This document shows positions 1-11,253 of a stretch of DNA of 64,000 nucleotides, piece after piece. How positions within the stretch are numbered: position 1 is the stretch's first letter; every line of letters starts with the position of its first letter. Location of the stretch: assembly GCA_010093815.1 (NCBI GenBank), contig ML996577.1; one strand, written 5' to 3'. The notes under the pieces were generated by a model that was not told the origin of the DNA, made no database searches, and worked only from the letters and a program-made list of their open reading frames with translations. The DNA comes from Pseudovirgaria hyperparasitica. Its lineage: Eukaryota. The translations under genes were made by a program, and so were the position numbers.

Positions 1-658
1 AGTCGGTGGAAACCATGGCTTTCTTGGTCGAGGAAAATTGCAATAGCATTAAGCAAAGGTATGGCCAAATTCGTTCCGAGGATGATAGTCGCATAAGTGA
101 AGCCGAGAGAGAGAAACATCTGCAAGAGGAGAGGTGCTGGGCCGAGCTGCTTCATTCCCTCTCGTCATGCAAGGCGGACAGCAAAATAAGGGGTAGCGCG
201 ATACGAGAAAAGATACGTGAGAAGTTCACAGAGCCGCGCATATCGTGGACGAACCAAGAAGCCAACCTCAGGTATCAAGAGCGATGGTACTGGAGGGTCC
301 TAAAGCTCTACAACCTCATTCTTGTAATGCTTTCCAATAGTAAGTCCAGAAATGGGTTCTTGGCCAGTTTCTGTAGATCTGACGGAAGTTTTCAGAAGCG
401 AGTAGCATGCGCGGCCATAAAGTCCCAGATCGATTCGATATCCTCTCGGTGCATCACCTCCTCGAAGCTGAAGGGCCACATGCCGATCGCTACATGAACG
501 CCCTCAGGACGTCACGGCTACTCGATTCTTTGCAATTAGCCAATGATGGTCTCGAATTCTGGGAGACACCTGAAACGTTCGACTGGACGGATGTGGCTTC
601 TGTCTCTCATGCTGTTTCCCAACTCGACACTGCAATAAATGGATCATCAAGGCGTTGA
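1..658 (+). CDS. 3' part of a hypothetical protein gene (probably begins before the window)
   Basis: Open frame from the window start to ~339, then an intron-like GTAAGT(340)...CTGAC...TTTTCAG(~395), then the 407..658 frame (..GHKVPDRFDILSVHHLLEAEG..SSRR*). No family recognised. Confidence 0.4.
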
Positions 659-896
659 GGGTGTAGTTGGACGCCAAGCTTTGGAATAATCTGAGAGAAA
701 TTCATAGTGGTATCCAGTGAGGATAGATATGGCTGGAACCTGCGGGCAGGCTTCTCAGGACAGCTCTGATCCCGCCAATCTAAGGAATGGGATTCTCCAC
801 TGATGTTTCTAAAGGTGTAGCATGGTGATGTGATATGATTGGGTTCCACACGAACAGGCTGGAATAATATATTTCGGGTATCAATCAGAAGCTCTT

Positions 897-1869
897 TCAG
901 TCATGCTTGCGCCCCCTAGTAGAACCTCGGTCGGGCGAGTGGCTTCGATCTCGGCGCCTGGTGTTCCTGTCCCTTGAGCGCGAGCGGATCCGCACATGGT
1001 CTGATCGCGGCCGAGCTCTTTGATGATGATACTCTCTGCTTCTCGACCGGCGTCTCTTGCTGTCTCTTCCGTTATCTCGAGATCGAGACCTATGTCGCCT
1101 GTGTCGCTCTCTACTTCTGCTTCTAGAGCTGTCTCTCCTTCGCCGCCTGTCGCGATCGTCGTGGTCACGTCGTCTCCGATGTCGATCATCATGTCGTTGA
1201 CGGTTCCGATCACGGCTCCTACTTCTCTGTCTTGATCTCTTCTCCCCTCGGAGACCACCCTCCACAACGTCGCCCTCAAGAACATCTCTTGCTTCGTCGG
1301 CAGGCATATTCGGACCACCAAGCTTGGTGAAGCCTGTTCCACGACCAAGACCATCATGATCGTCGTCTCTTCCCTCCGCAACAGCCTTGCGCATCTCTTT
1401 GTCACTTATGCCCTCTCTTGCTGCAACGGGCACCGCGTTCGCGCCGCTCCGATCCCTCACAGGCGGAGGCAGCCCGAGCGCAGCAGCCATGGCATCTTCT
1501 TCCGCCTCCTTCACTTTCCGCAGCTCTTCAGCACGCGCAAGTGCAGCTGTCCTCTCGGGGTCGGGGTCGTCGGGGTTTGCGTCGCCTTTCGCGTACCAGT
1601 TGAGGTCTTTGTTGCGTTGCCAGCGGCCGACAGCTGTATGATATTAGACGAGATCCTCGTAGATAGCTGAGAGCCGACTTACGCGCCATAAGGGAGTGGC
1701 CCAGGTAATTCTCGCGGTGCTGGTCGCCTTTGACATCATCCCATTTGAAATCGCCACGGCCGCCGCTGTAGGAAGTTACTTTATGCTGCATGTATGGCCT
1801 TACAGCACCTGTTACTACATGGAATACTTACCGGCTACCCTCCTTGCGTACCGACTGTAGAAGATCCAT
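897..1869 (-). CDS. MMTAG2/C1orf35-like protein with an RS/RD-rich C-terminus (putative splicing-associated)
   Basis: Three exons (1869-1832, 1765-1683, 1633-897) with GT-AG introns give [56 protein letters not shown], the conserved MMtag N-terminus, followed by an SRSR/RD-rich tail. Confidence 0.85.
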
Positions 1870-2191
1870 GTTGTTAGATCTTGGATATGGAGGTACCACG
1901 AGTGTTGTTTGGCCAGACCTGTAACTTTGGAGTGGCGCACGGGTCCGTGCTGAGAGATGTCGTATCAGACTGTAAGTTACACCACACGTCAAAAATCACC
2001 GCAATGTTATCCCGAAGCCGGCAATAGTCCTTGATGCGAATGTGCAAATATATCTATTTTTACGCAGGTAATTTCCAAAGCCCATGGATGAAGTAAGCCG
2101 TATGTACATCGAAGGCTATACATGTACCACATACATGCCCCATGCGTCCTGTGATTCGACAATCTTTCTCATGCACATATAGCTCATCAAC

Positions 2192-3773
2192 CTATGAGAC
2201 AAACTGCACAGCCAACTTCTCTCTCGTCTCCCTCGAGCCTGCAACAATGAGCGGCTTCTCCTTGGGAAACTTGGAGATAGTCTCATCGGACAGCTTCAAC
2301 GTGTCCTTCACGATTTGTGGCGAAGTCAGACCAAGCCATTGGCCCAAGGAGATGTCAGAAAAGTGGTCAGCCTGGAGCACTTCTAGGAAGATGACATCGG
2401 TATCCCCGACGTTCTCAATGTAGTGATTATTGCTCTGAGGAAAGTACGCAACGTCACCGGCACTGTAATCGTACGTTGTGGCGACATTGGGAGGTGTGAA
2501 AAGCGTAGCACGAGCCTTGCCCGCGATGAAAAAGGTCCATTCGTCGGAGCTGGGGTGCCAGTGGATCTCGCGCATTGCACCGGGCTTCACGGACACGAGA
2601 GCAGCGGAGAAGTCCTTGGCTATGGGAAAGGTGAGCGGATCAACGATCTTGACACTTCCACCAGCAACTCGATGAGCTTCTTGCTCAGACCAGTGGTAGG
2701 AGTATGTCTTGCTTTTGGGGATGGGCCCGGCAGAGCCAGTGATGTTCTGCTTCTCAATGTCTTTCGGAGCTGGTGTTCCGGGGAAAATGAACAGCTCGCC
2801 GGACGGGATGTTGTCGAACGCAGAAGTTGGGACCTCCAGGTTCTTGGACAGAACAGATTTGGGATTGTGGGCAAACACCTCTGACGCAAGGAATGTGTTG
2901 TCTTCGGAAAATGCGCCGTCATCGAAGACGAGCATAAATTCGCAGCCTCCCTCGAGGCCCTGGATGCTGTGAGGTACACCTCTGAAACTTATATTAGATA
3001 TTGATCCGTCATTGTCTTGGATCTAGCTTACGCAGGGAAGAACCAAACATCGCCCTTGCTAACATCGTCAATAAATGTTTGGCCATCTTCATCGACAGCC
3101 TGCTGCAGTATCAGTTCCAGAACAGTCACGTGACGTGTCTCAGCCTACCTGGATTCGAGCAGAGCCATTTAGCATAAGAGCCCACTCGGATGCAACATGC
3201 CAATGAAGCTCACGATATGCGTGGGGCTCCAATCGCATATCCACACCAGCCATCAACTTCGCGTCCGGCATAACGTTGGTGTTCTGTTGCCGTGACCAGC
3301 CTGCGCTGTCCAGGCCCAACTTCGAGTGAGACAACGCCATCGGCCATTTCGCGCTGATAGTCTGTCCGTGATCGGTTCCTGGAGGAGCCAACAAGTCGCT
3401 GTTCATGGCAGAGAGCGCATCGTTGCCTATCGAAAATCAGATCCTCCCAATCTTGGCCTTGTAAAGATGGTAACTCACGAGGGCCAGGGTCCGTTCCTCC
3501 TTTGGCACCTCGAATTGGTTGGGGATGTTCAATGTTGTCAAAGTTGAGAAACACCCCTATCTTGGCATCGTCTGATTGGCCTGGAGCAAGCTCATACTCA
3601 ACCTTTGTGGTGTCCTCGTCAGAGATGATGTTTGACGGATCATAGCCCGCGAGGTCAGGGCTACCTCGCAACGGCGGGTTTGCAGCACGTTGTGGGACAG
3701 CTGGTGGAGACCCTGCTATCGCTGAGCTAATGAAAGAAGCAGTGTACAGAAGACCGAAGGCCAGTCTCGTCAT
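2192..3773 (-). CDS. oxdC: Secreted bicupin oxalate decarboxylase
   Basis: Signal peptide MTRLAFGLLYTASFISSAIA. Two cupin Mn motifs, RELHWHVASEW and MREIHWHPSSDEW. Lid region FDDGAFSEDNTF. Introns 3478-3427, 3148-3100, 3031-2982. Confidence 0.92.
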
Positions 3774-6700
3774 GGTGCAATTGATGGACTTTCTTAAACA
3801 CTGAGGCTAACTTGCTGAGAACTGAAAGAGGGACGACTGGTTGAAGTAGGGAGCAGGCGGTCCTACTTTTTATATGCTGGCCGAACGCACGATTGTCATG
3901 GCTCCTCCAATGGATGACTAGTCTAGAGCATCACCAACAGCAGCTCCTCTAGATTTCCCCGTGTTGCGCTTGCATAAGGGGCGTGTAACATGGCAGCATC
4001 ATGTAGCGAGCTGGGGGGGCCTTGCGGGGCTATTCTCTCGTGAGTGGACGCTACCTTGCTTACCCATGAGTGTTTTCTTTCTTTGCTCGATAGGAGCGCG
4101 GCTCAGAGATGCCGGATTCATGTTATTGTGGAAATACGGCAGTTCAGCTGGGGGACCCGATATGTCTGAATGGTAATATAAAGCGTTAGCGTGCTTACAG
4201 TGCACACTAGCACGTTGACGTTGATCGATGGCTGGCCCAACAACGCGGCCGAGTCTTGGTCCTCGTGGTTATGACAAGGGATATAGTAGTTAAGCACATT
4301 GATCTACATCTGCTAACAACCGTTTCATGCATGGCAGAGCTTGTACATACTTACGTATAATTAATTACAAGACTTCTGGCCATGGACATGAAAGCTATAT
4401 TCTAAATTATAGAGGTCTCCGACAAATCCGAAAGAGAGAGTTTGACCAGGGGAGGTTGGACGCCAGCCACGCCGGAACACGGCTATCGGCACAGGCATAC
4501 TCAGGCATCTTCAAGCCTCAGCATTCTCAGGCACTCAGGCATCATCGAGTCACGCTTGTGCTTCTCTCAGCGATAACAACAGAAGCCTCATGGTGCCACT
4601 TTGTCATAGACGCCGACTTGTGAGCATCTTCACAATCTCATTCCAGTCTGCGGCATAGCGCTCCGGGGCTAATCGCGCTGCTCGTTGATGCGGAACATTG
4701 ATATTCATCTGTTCTCTACACTGAAAACCCTTCTCAACATTCTTCCACGCCAGGACGTTCGGTTGGCAGGTGATATGTGAATCTATATATCAACTATACA
4801 TCAAGAAGTGCTAGCCTTTCGCAGAACTACCTGTGCAAGTAATCTACCGACAACTCAACATCAGCGTGGTCTCCATACAACGATATCAAATCGTTTCGAG
4901 GTCACAAAAGGGCTCGCAGAAAAAGATTTTGACTCGCCATATGTAGCACTCACCGAGTACGTTCTATCACACCCAGTCAAGCTTTGTTTCCTAACACTCA
5001 CATTTCTACTTACCATCTAGCCATGCAGGTAGATTTTAGATCGTTTTCTAGAACAAAGAGGGTCCTTAAGCTCTCATCTCCTGAAGCTCCAATCTCACCA
5101 GACGATATCACCACCGCAACCGTAAGCTAACTGAAGTAGTATGTCCTGGATCTTGAACCCAAGTTAGGTCTTGCACGGTTCTCGGTTTACTGGCAGCCTG
5201 TGTCCTTTCCCTGACCGGTGCAGTACTGCAAGAATTCTTAGAAGAGCAATGGAAATTCTGCCTTTTCTCTTGCATTGACATATAAGAGAACTCATGCAAT
5301 TCTTCTAGAGTCGCATAAGCTCTTCTACAGCGTCGTCTGACGGTAGCTTTTCGAGAGCGTAACATGCCAAGTGTTGAGGCCAAGTCTATCATCGAGAGCT
5401 TCCGTGTGTGTCAAGCACCACCCTGGTGCTGGAGTGGCTCGAGCGGCATCATGGTTAAGTTGAGCCTCGCGACCGTCGATGGCTAATCCTCGAATGTCGA
5501 CAGTCTAGCCGGGAGTCTCGGCCGACTTGGAACTGACAGGATGGACGTCCACGCGTATCTCCATGGTGATTCTGCTGGGTAGCCGGACTGACCATGGATG
5601 TACGGAGTTCACCATCTCTCTCCCACCTTCCAAAAGTGAGTTATCAGACTCACTGCTGTGCTATTACCGTCTCTTTCAGTCCCTGAATGTTGCGTGGGCT
5701 TAGACCGCCGTGATACTTTTCTCTAGGTATTTAGGGCGATCTTTGTCTATGACCAACCAGTCAGCAATGAAGGCTAAGGTCTCGTCGATTCGGACTAGTC
5801 AGGATCGAGTAAGACTGGAGATTTGTATACCTGTCGAGGCGAGGTCCTGGAAGTCGAATCAGCTAGACCGGCGACAGCCCGGGTCGTCTTTTTCACGAGC
5901 GGGTATGCCCTCAGCAGGCTATTTTCCCTGTTGAGCGAAGCAGAGAATCAAGTTGAAAGTAAATTCTGCATCTGTTTGTGGAGGTAGGAGGTGTTCAGGC
6001 CTACGCTGCTAATAAGAGACCGGGAATTGTGGCGGCAGTGTACAATGATGAACGACTCGCGTGCCACTCGGGAAGACCCAGAGAACGGAATGCTTGATTC
6101 ATCGTCGAGGAATGTAATCGTGGTCTTAATCCAGTTGATGGCTCGTGCGAAGTTCGGATTGGTGTCCGCCAATGAGCGGTGTTTTAAGTCCAGGAAATCG
6201 AGATCCGTGATACGGAAGATCCTGCGTCCGCAACGTTATTGGCCTTCGGAGAGCAATTCTTATCACGAATTCCCGTGCCTTAGGAGGCCTTCACCGCCCG
6301 CCATTGTTGCTATTATCATTATTTCCAGCCCCGAATGGCTCACAGGGCAGGATGTGATATTCCCAGTTCAGCCAGTTCAGCATGTAACCCAAGAGTCGTG
6401 AACGCGTTGGAAGAGGCTCTCTGATTGGCCACTGAGGCCCTGGAAACCCATGGAGCTACCTCCGACACGTCAAGTGTGCAAATATCTGCCTTTGCCCATG
6501 ACTGCGAGTGAATATGGACAACGGACAGGCCATGACTGTGGAGCCGTCTGTATGTTACTAGGATGGCACTTCTGATGTTTATCGGCAAGCCGACCTAACT
6601 GTTCGATCACGAATGCTCTTCCTCGACTCATGACTCCGGACGCAGCTCCGCAGAATAGGGAGCTCACACTCACCATCACGCCCGTACGCGCCCCACACTC

Positions 6701-8117
6701 ATGGACGGGAACGAGAAACAAGGTTTGGCTGTGCTGCTGGACCAGGTCTGTCTGCTCAGCGTTCTCTGGCACTTGGACCTGATCGAATATGGTCGAGTTC
6801 TGATTGAAGAAGGATTCGATGACCTCGAGACCTTCTCTAATGTGGGTAACCAGGACTTGTACGTTGGTGCGCTATAGAGCCAGCGTGGCACCCATGTTAA
6901 CACCCTGATCAGAAAGTCCCTTAAGCTGAAGCGTGATGACGCTAGGGTGAGTTTGGTTTCGAATACTCAACGTCCTACTCATGAAACTACTTAGATGATG
7001 GAAGCATTCATCACCTCTTGCCGTAACCTTCACAACGTTCTGCCTTTGGATCCATCAAGACCACTGGTGACATGGGGCCACGTCCAGTCCGAAGCTTTCG
7101 AGTCTCTGTTGTCGAGCGTACGTGCTGCCGAAAATCCACGTAGCAAAGTAAGTACACACTACTCTCTGCTCGTCGCAACTCCACCATTGCCCCCTTGTAG
7201 AACACTGCCTAAGGACTGTGTTGACATCTAGGTAGCAGAAGAGTGTTTTAACGCTTCCACCAGCGCTGGACTCTCTCGACACTCTCTCGAGTTTCTTCCG
7301 CAGTCAGAATGGAGGAAGACCATCGAAGATCAAGCCAAGAGTCCTCTCTGGGGCTCTATCAGACATACCACAATGCAAGTCCATCATCGAAAAGGCTAGG
7401 AAGGCTGCCGTCGCCTGGGTCGAGTTGTCATGTCGGGTTTCAAAAGGCGGGCCGAGTCATGAGGCAACGACGTACCCACCAGCTCCTATACAAGGCGGTC
7501 ACATCCATGCCCTGTATAGACCATCTGTGATGCATGCGGGCTCACCAACAGCATCTTCTCCGACTTCGGGAACCCCAGTTTGGTCGCCAGAAGCTGGTAC
7601 AAACCTTTCGTCTCTTAGACAAGCAGACTCAACCGCAAGTGGTGTCGGGAGTAGATCTGCATCTAGTGCTATGTCACCTCAAGAGTTGTATGCCGATAGA
7701 CAAGACAGCAATAGCATGGCCTCACCGGGGCTGAATGTAGCGTCATACACTGGTCAATCATCACCACCTATGGCCTACAGTCCCTCAATCGCTAGTGTGA
7801 CTCATCTACCAACGTCTCAAACGCAGACGATTTGGTCGCCTGTGAATCAGGGGATATTCGCCTACGTAGGTCCACCGCTGAATGCACTGTATCTTTGACT
7901 GACGAAGCCTCAGGCTGCTCCTCCTGGCACACCTATGCCACAGCAGGCGTATAATTCAACTCTCCAAAACACTCCAGTCACGTACGCACCTGACACGCCC
8001 CCTGAGACGTCACAGAACGTGTCCGCTGCTGCATTCTGGAGCCCATCCTACGATGCCTATCAGTTCACAACCACTCCATATGACCCAAATCGCCCTCCAT
8101 ACAACCAGCAGGGGTAA
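6701..8117 (+). CDS. Hypothetical ~391 aa protein with an N-terminal SAM-like domain and S/P/T-rich C-terminus
   Basis: Five exons (6701-6858, 6913-6946, 6995-7147, ~7239-7865, 7914-8117) joined by four GT-AG introns in consistent phase. LSVLWHLDLIEYGRVLIEEGFDDLETFSNVGNQDLKSLKLK resembles the SAM pattern. Start codon uncertain. Confidence 0.55.
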
Positions 8118-8834
8118 TTCGACTCCTAACACTCCTTTTTGTTCGATGATACCGTGGCGTTGTACTTTCTTTCGATGCGTTATGACAGCGCGTAGACGGA
8201 GGCTTCCCGTACCGTACGAGATCTCTCCATCTTACGCATCCTGATGTATATGACTTACGGCCTTGATGATAACGATACTTCCTTCAGTGTGGACCGGGCT
8301 GTCCGGACTTTGCGTATGAAGAACACTTGCACCGGATCACTCTTTTCTAGGCACACAGTTCCTTTCTTGGCTGTGGTAACCATTTTAGTGCATATTCATA
8401 GAGCATTGCTGGCGTTATTAGACACCCGGGCAACGACGTAAATGCATATCACGAATTTTCTTTGATTGTTATGATATCCTCCTTCCTATTTGGGGCTACA
8501 TGATGCGCGCCACGTGATCCTGCGCTAATGCATCTTCCGCCTTCTTCCTGCAGGCAACCATTGTTGTTCATTATCAGAACATTTTTCTCTCTCTGGTGTT
8601 ACGACGAGCTGATAATTGTGAAGGGAAAGCTTTGCAGTCTACCCCTGTCGTTGTGTTGCTATATGGAGCCGCAGACACCGTGACCGTTTCTTGGACACCG
8701 CATGGACCTTTTCGGCAACACTTGCAGTTCTCGCGCATTTCTACCTACATCCTGTGGACGCAACCAGTTCAAAATGCTTCGACAGCCTTGAGCTGCTGTA
8801 TCCCCTACTTCGACTCTTCAGTTTTTTGCCTGTC

Positions 8835-10319
8835 ATGTCGATCGTTACTCGCCTCCAAACCTACACCAGCTGGCTAGTCCACGAATTCGGGCTTTATACT
8901 CTTTACAATGCAGGCCGCGATGTCCACATCATCATTGTGCTCCGGATGATGCGAGCGTTTTGTTTTGGCACTATAGGACTCATTTTCGCCTTGTATTTCA
9001 ACGCTCTTGGGGTCTCTGATGCTCGTATCGGGCTCTTCATGACTCTGACTCAGCTCGGCGACGTGGTTCTATCACTTGTCCTCACCTTCGGTGCAGACAG
9101 TCTGGGCCGACGTCGAGCATTACTACTCGGAGCAATGCTTATGGTTGTTGCTGGTGTGATCTTTGCAGGCACGGAGAACTACTGGTTGATGCTGGCCGCG
9201 GCGATAGTGGGAGTCATCAGCCCTGGTGGAAACGAGATTGGCCCCTTCCGAGCGATCGAGGAAAGTACTCTGGCACACCTCTGCGAGACGCCAGAACAAA
9301 GACCTGAGATATTTGTCTGGTATGTTGTCCTCGCCACTGTGACTGGTGCAGCTGGTCTTGTAGCCGCGGGGTTTATCGTCGATATATCGAAGAGCTTGGA
9401 CAATTGGACGGAAGTTGATGGCTACAAAATCCTCTTCTGGATATACGCCGGTGTTGGTGTCCTTCAATGTTTTCTTGCCCTCTTCCTGTCAAAGGACTGC
9501 GAATTTGACGATCGGGAAACCCCTGACGATTGCCGCAAACCAACCAGCTCCATCAACACGGATGAAAGCACTCCCCTCATCAACCCACCAAATGGCCACT
9601 CGATACCCCCATCCGACCCAGACGTCGATCATGAAAAACGCGGCTTCCGATTGCCGATCTCACGCATCTCCCCTTCCACTATCCCAGTCCTCCTCAAACT
9701 CCTTCTGCTCTTCAGCATTGACTCTCTCGCCTCGGGCATCATGCCATGGTCTCTACTCAACTATTACCTCGATCTCAAATTCCCAATCTCAAAGTCCACC
9801 CTTGGCACACTGATGTCACTCGCCTGGCTCTCCAGCGCCGTGTGCAACATATTCTCTGCCCCACTCGCGCGCCGCATCGGTCTGATCCCCACGATGGTTG
9901 CCACACACCTTGCTGCCGCAATCTTCCTGGGTCTAACCCCCGTGCCACGCAGTCTCAGTTTCACTGTTGCGCTCATTTTCGTCCGCGCCAGCTTGAATAG
10001 TATGGATCAAGCCCCGCGCTCAGCATTCCTGGCGGCTGTCATTAAACCGAGTGAGCGCACGCCTGTCATGGGCACGGTCAATGTGTTCAAGACGCTGGCT
10101 CAGGCGGCAGGACCTAGTCTGACGGGCGCGCTGGCGCAGGAGGGTAGGTTCTGGATTGCGTTTGTGGTGGCCGGGGCACTGAAGGTGGGGTATGATGTTG
10201 GGCTCTTGGTGCTTTTCTGGGGCAACAGGATCGGGGAGAAGGAGAAAGAGGGGGACAGCGAGGAAGAGGTAGATGGTGACGGTGACGATATTGGTGAGGG
10301 CGAAGGGCCGGCAAATTGA
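8835..10319 (+). CDS. Uncharacterised MFS transporter (intronless)
   Basis: About 12 hydrophobic segments, MFS motif A-like GADSLGRRR, and SPGGNEIGPFRAIEES and MDQAPRSAFLA motifs. First in-frame ATG is at 8835; the ORF track starts at an upstream TTG. Confidence 0.85.
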   Translation: MSIVTRLQTYTSWLVHEFGLYTLYNAGRDVHIIIVLRMMRAFCFGTIGLIFALYFNALGVSDARIGLFMTLTQLGDVVLSLVLTFGADSLGRRRALLLGAMLMVVAGVIFAGTENYWLMLAAAIVGVISPGGNEIGPFRAIEESTLAHLCETPEQRPEIFVWYVVLATVTGAAGLVAAGFIVDISKSLDNWTEVDGYKILFWIYAGVGVLQCFLALFLSKDCEFDDRETPDDCRKPTSSINTDESTPLINPPNGHSIPPSDPDVDHEKRGFRLPISRISPSTIPVLLKLLLLFSIDSLASGIMPWSLLNYYLDLKFPISKSTLGTLMSLAWLSSAVCNIFSAPLARRIGLIPTMVATHLAAAIFLGLTPVPRSLSFTVALIFVRASLNSMDQAPRSAFLAAVIKPSERTPVMGTVNVFKTLAQAAGPSLTGALAQEGRFWIAFVVAGALKVGYDVGLLVLFWGNRIGEKEKEGDSEEEVDGDGDDIGEGEGPAN

Positions 10320-10629
10320 CACGTTGAATACCGGCACGGATGAATCCACGCGTATGAATGTATCGGGGACGATACGCAACAGCACTTCTGGCGCTCGCAG
10401 AATCGTAAAATCCATCAAGCCTCGAAGCGGAGCAGCACTTTCGGCACTCGTACAGTAGCATCACGACTATCGATGCGCTACCCAAAAGCAATGCTAGGAT
10501 ATATGCTAGACCTAAAATTCCACACTGACGTTACAATCTAGACTCTATACATGTCTTACAGACATAATATCCCAAAATGCACAGTGACCATCTGACACAT
10601 ACACGGATCTGGAGTGGTATGCATGTCTG

Positions 10630-10864
10630 TGATTTGTATGATTTGTATGATTTGTATGATTTGTATGATTTGTATGATTTGTATGATTTGTATGATTTGT
10701 ATGATTTGTATGATTTGTATGATTNNNNNNNNNNNNNNNNNNNNNNNNNNNNNNNNNNNNNNNNNNNNNGATTTGTATGATTTGTATGATTTGTATGATT
10801 TGTATGATTTGTATGATTTGTATGATTTGTATGATTTGTATGATTTGTATGATTTGTATGATTT
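10630..10864. repeat. Perfect 9-bp tandem repeat (GATTTGTAT)n interrupted by an assembly gap (N 10725-10769)
   Basis: About 10 perfect copies on each side of a 45-N gap; true array length unresolved. Confidence 0.97.
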
Positions 10865-11189
10865 CCCGAAACGAAGTCTCTATTTGCGATTCCCAGTTCG
10901 TACATCCATCCATCCATCAATCCTACATAACCTGTAAGCATAACCCATGACCATAAACATACCTCAACTCCGCTGTGAAACATATGGAACCAGACGTTGA
11001 ATCTAATATACTCCCCTTTTTTTTCCAACGCCGTAAGCCCTAGTCCTCTTCGCCTTCCAATCTCCAAGAGAATCCAGGACGTGTTCTTTCTTTTCTTTTT
11101 TTGGCTTTTTTTGTGTATCTGGCGATTTTGCGGTCGTGTAGTTTGTGATATGTATCGTTACAGAGAGCTCCACATCCTCGTATAGACTA

Positions 11190-11253
11190 TCATCATTCAT
11201 TTCATCTCATTTCATCACATTCCATCACATTCCATCCATCCATTCATTCATTC
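11190..11253. repeat. Degenerate CATT/CATC microsatellite at the 3' end of the Ric-8-like gene
   Basis: catcattcatttcatctcatttcatcacattccatcacattccatccatccattcattcatt. Confidence 0.6.

Noticed and set aside
881..1405. 174 aa alternative-frame ORF overlapping the RS-rich exon
   Set aside because: By-product of the repetitive RS/RD codons of the MMTAG2-like gene.
10630..10864. CRISPR array or telomere
   Set aside because: No spacers, eukaryotic context, unit is not TTAGGG-like, and genes continue on both sides.
10531..11067. ORFs with NHT/IIQ/YDL/MIC/YKS repeats
   Set aside because: Translations of the 9-bp minisatellite across an N gap; no evidence of coding.
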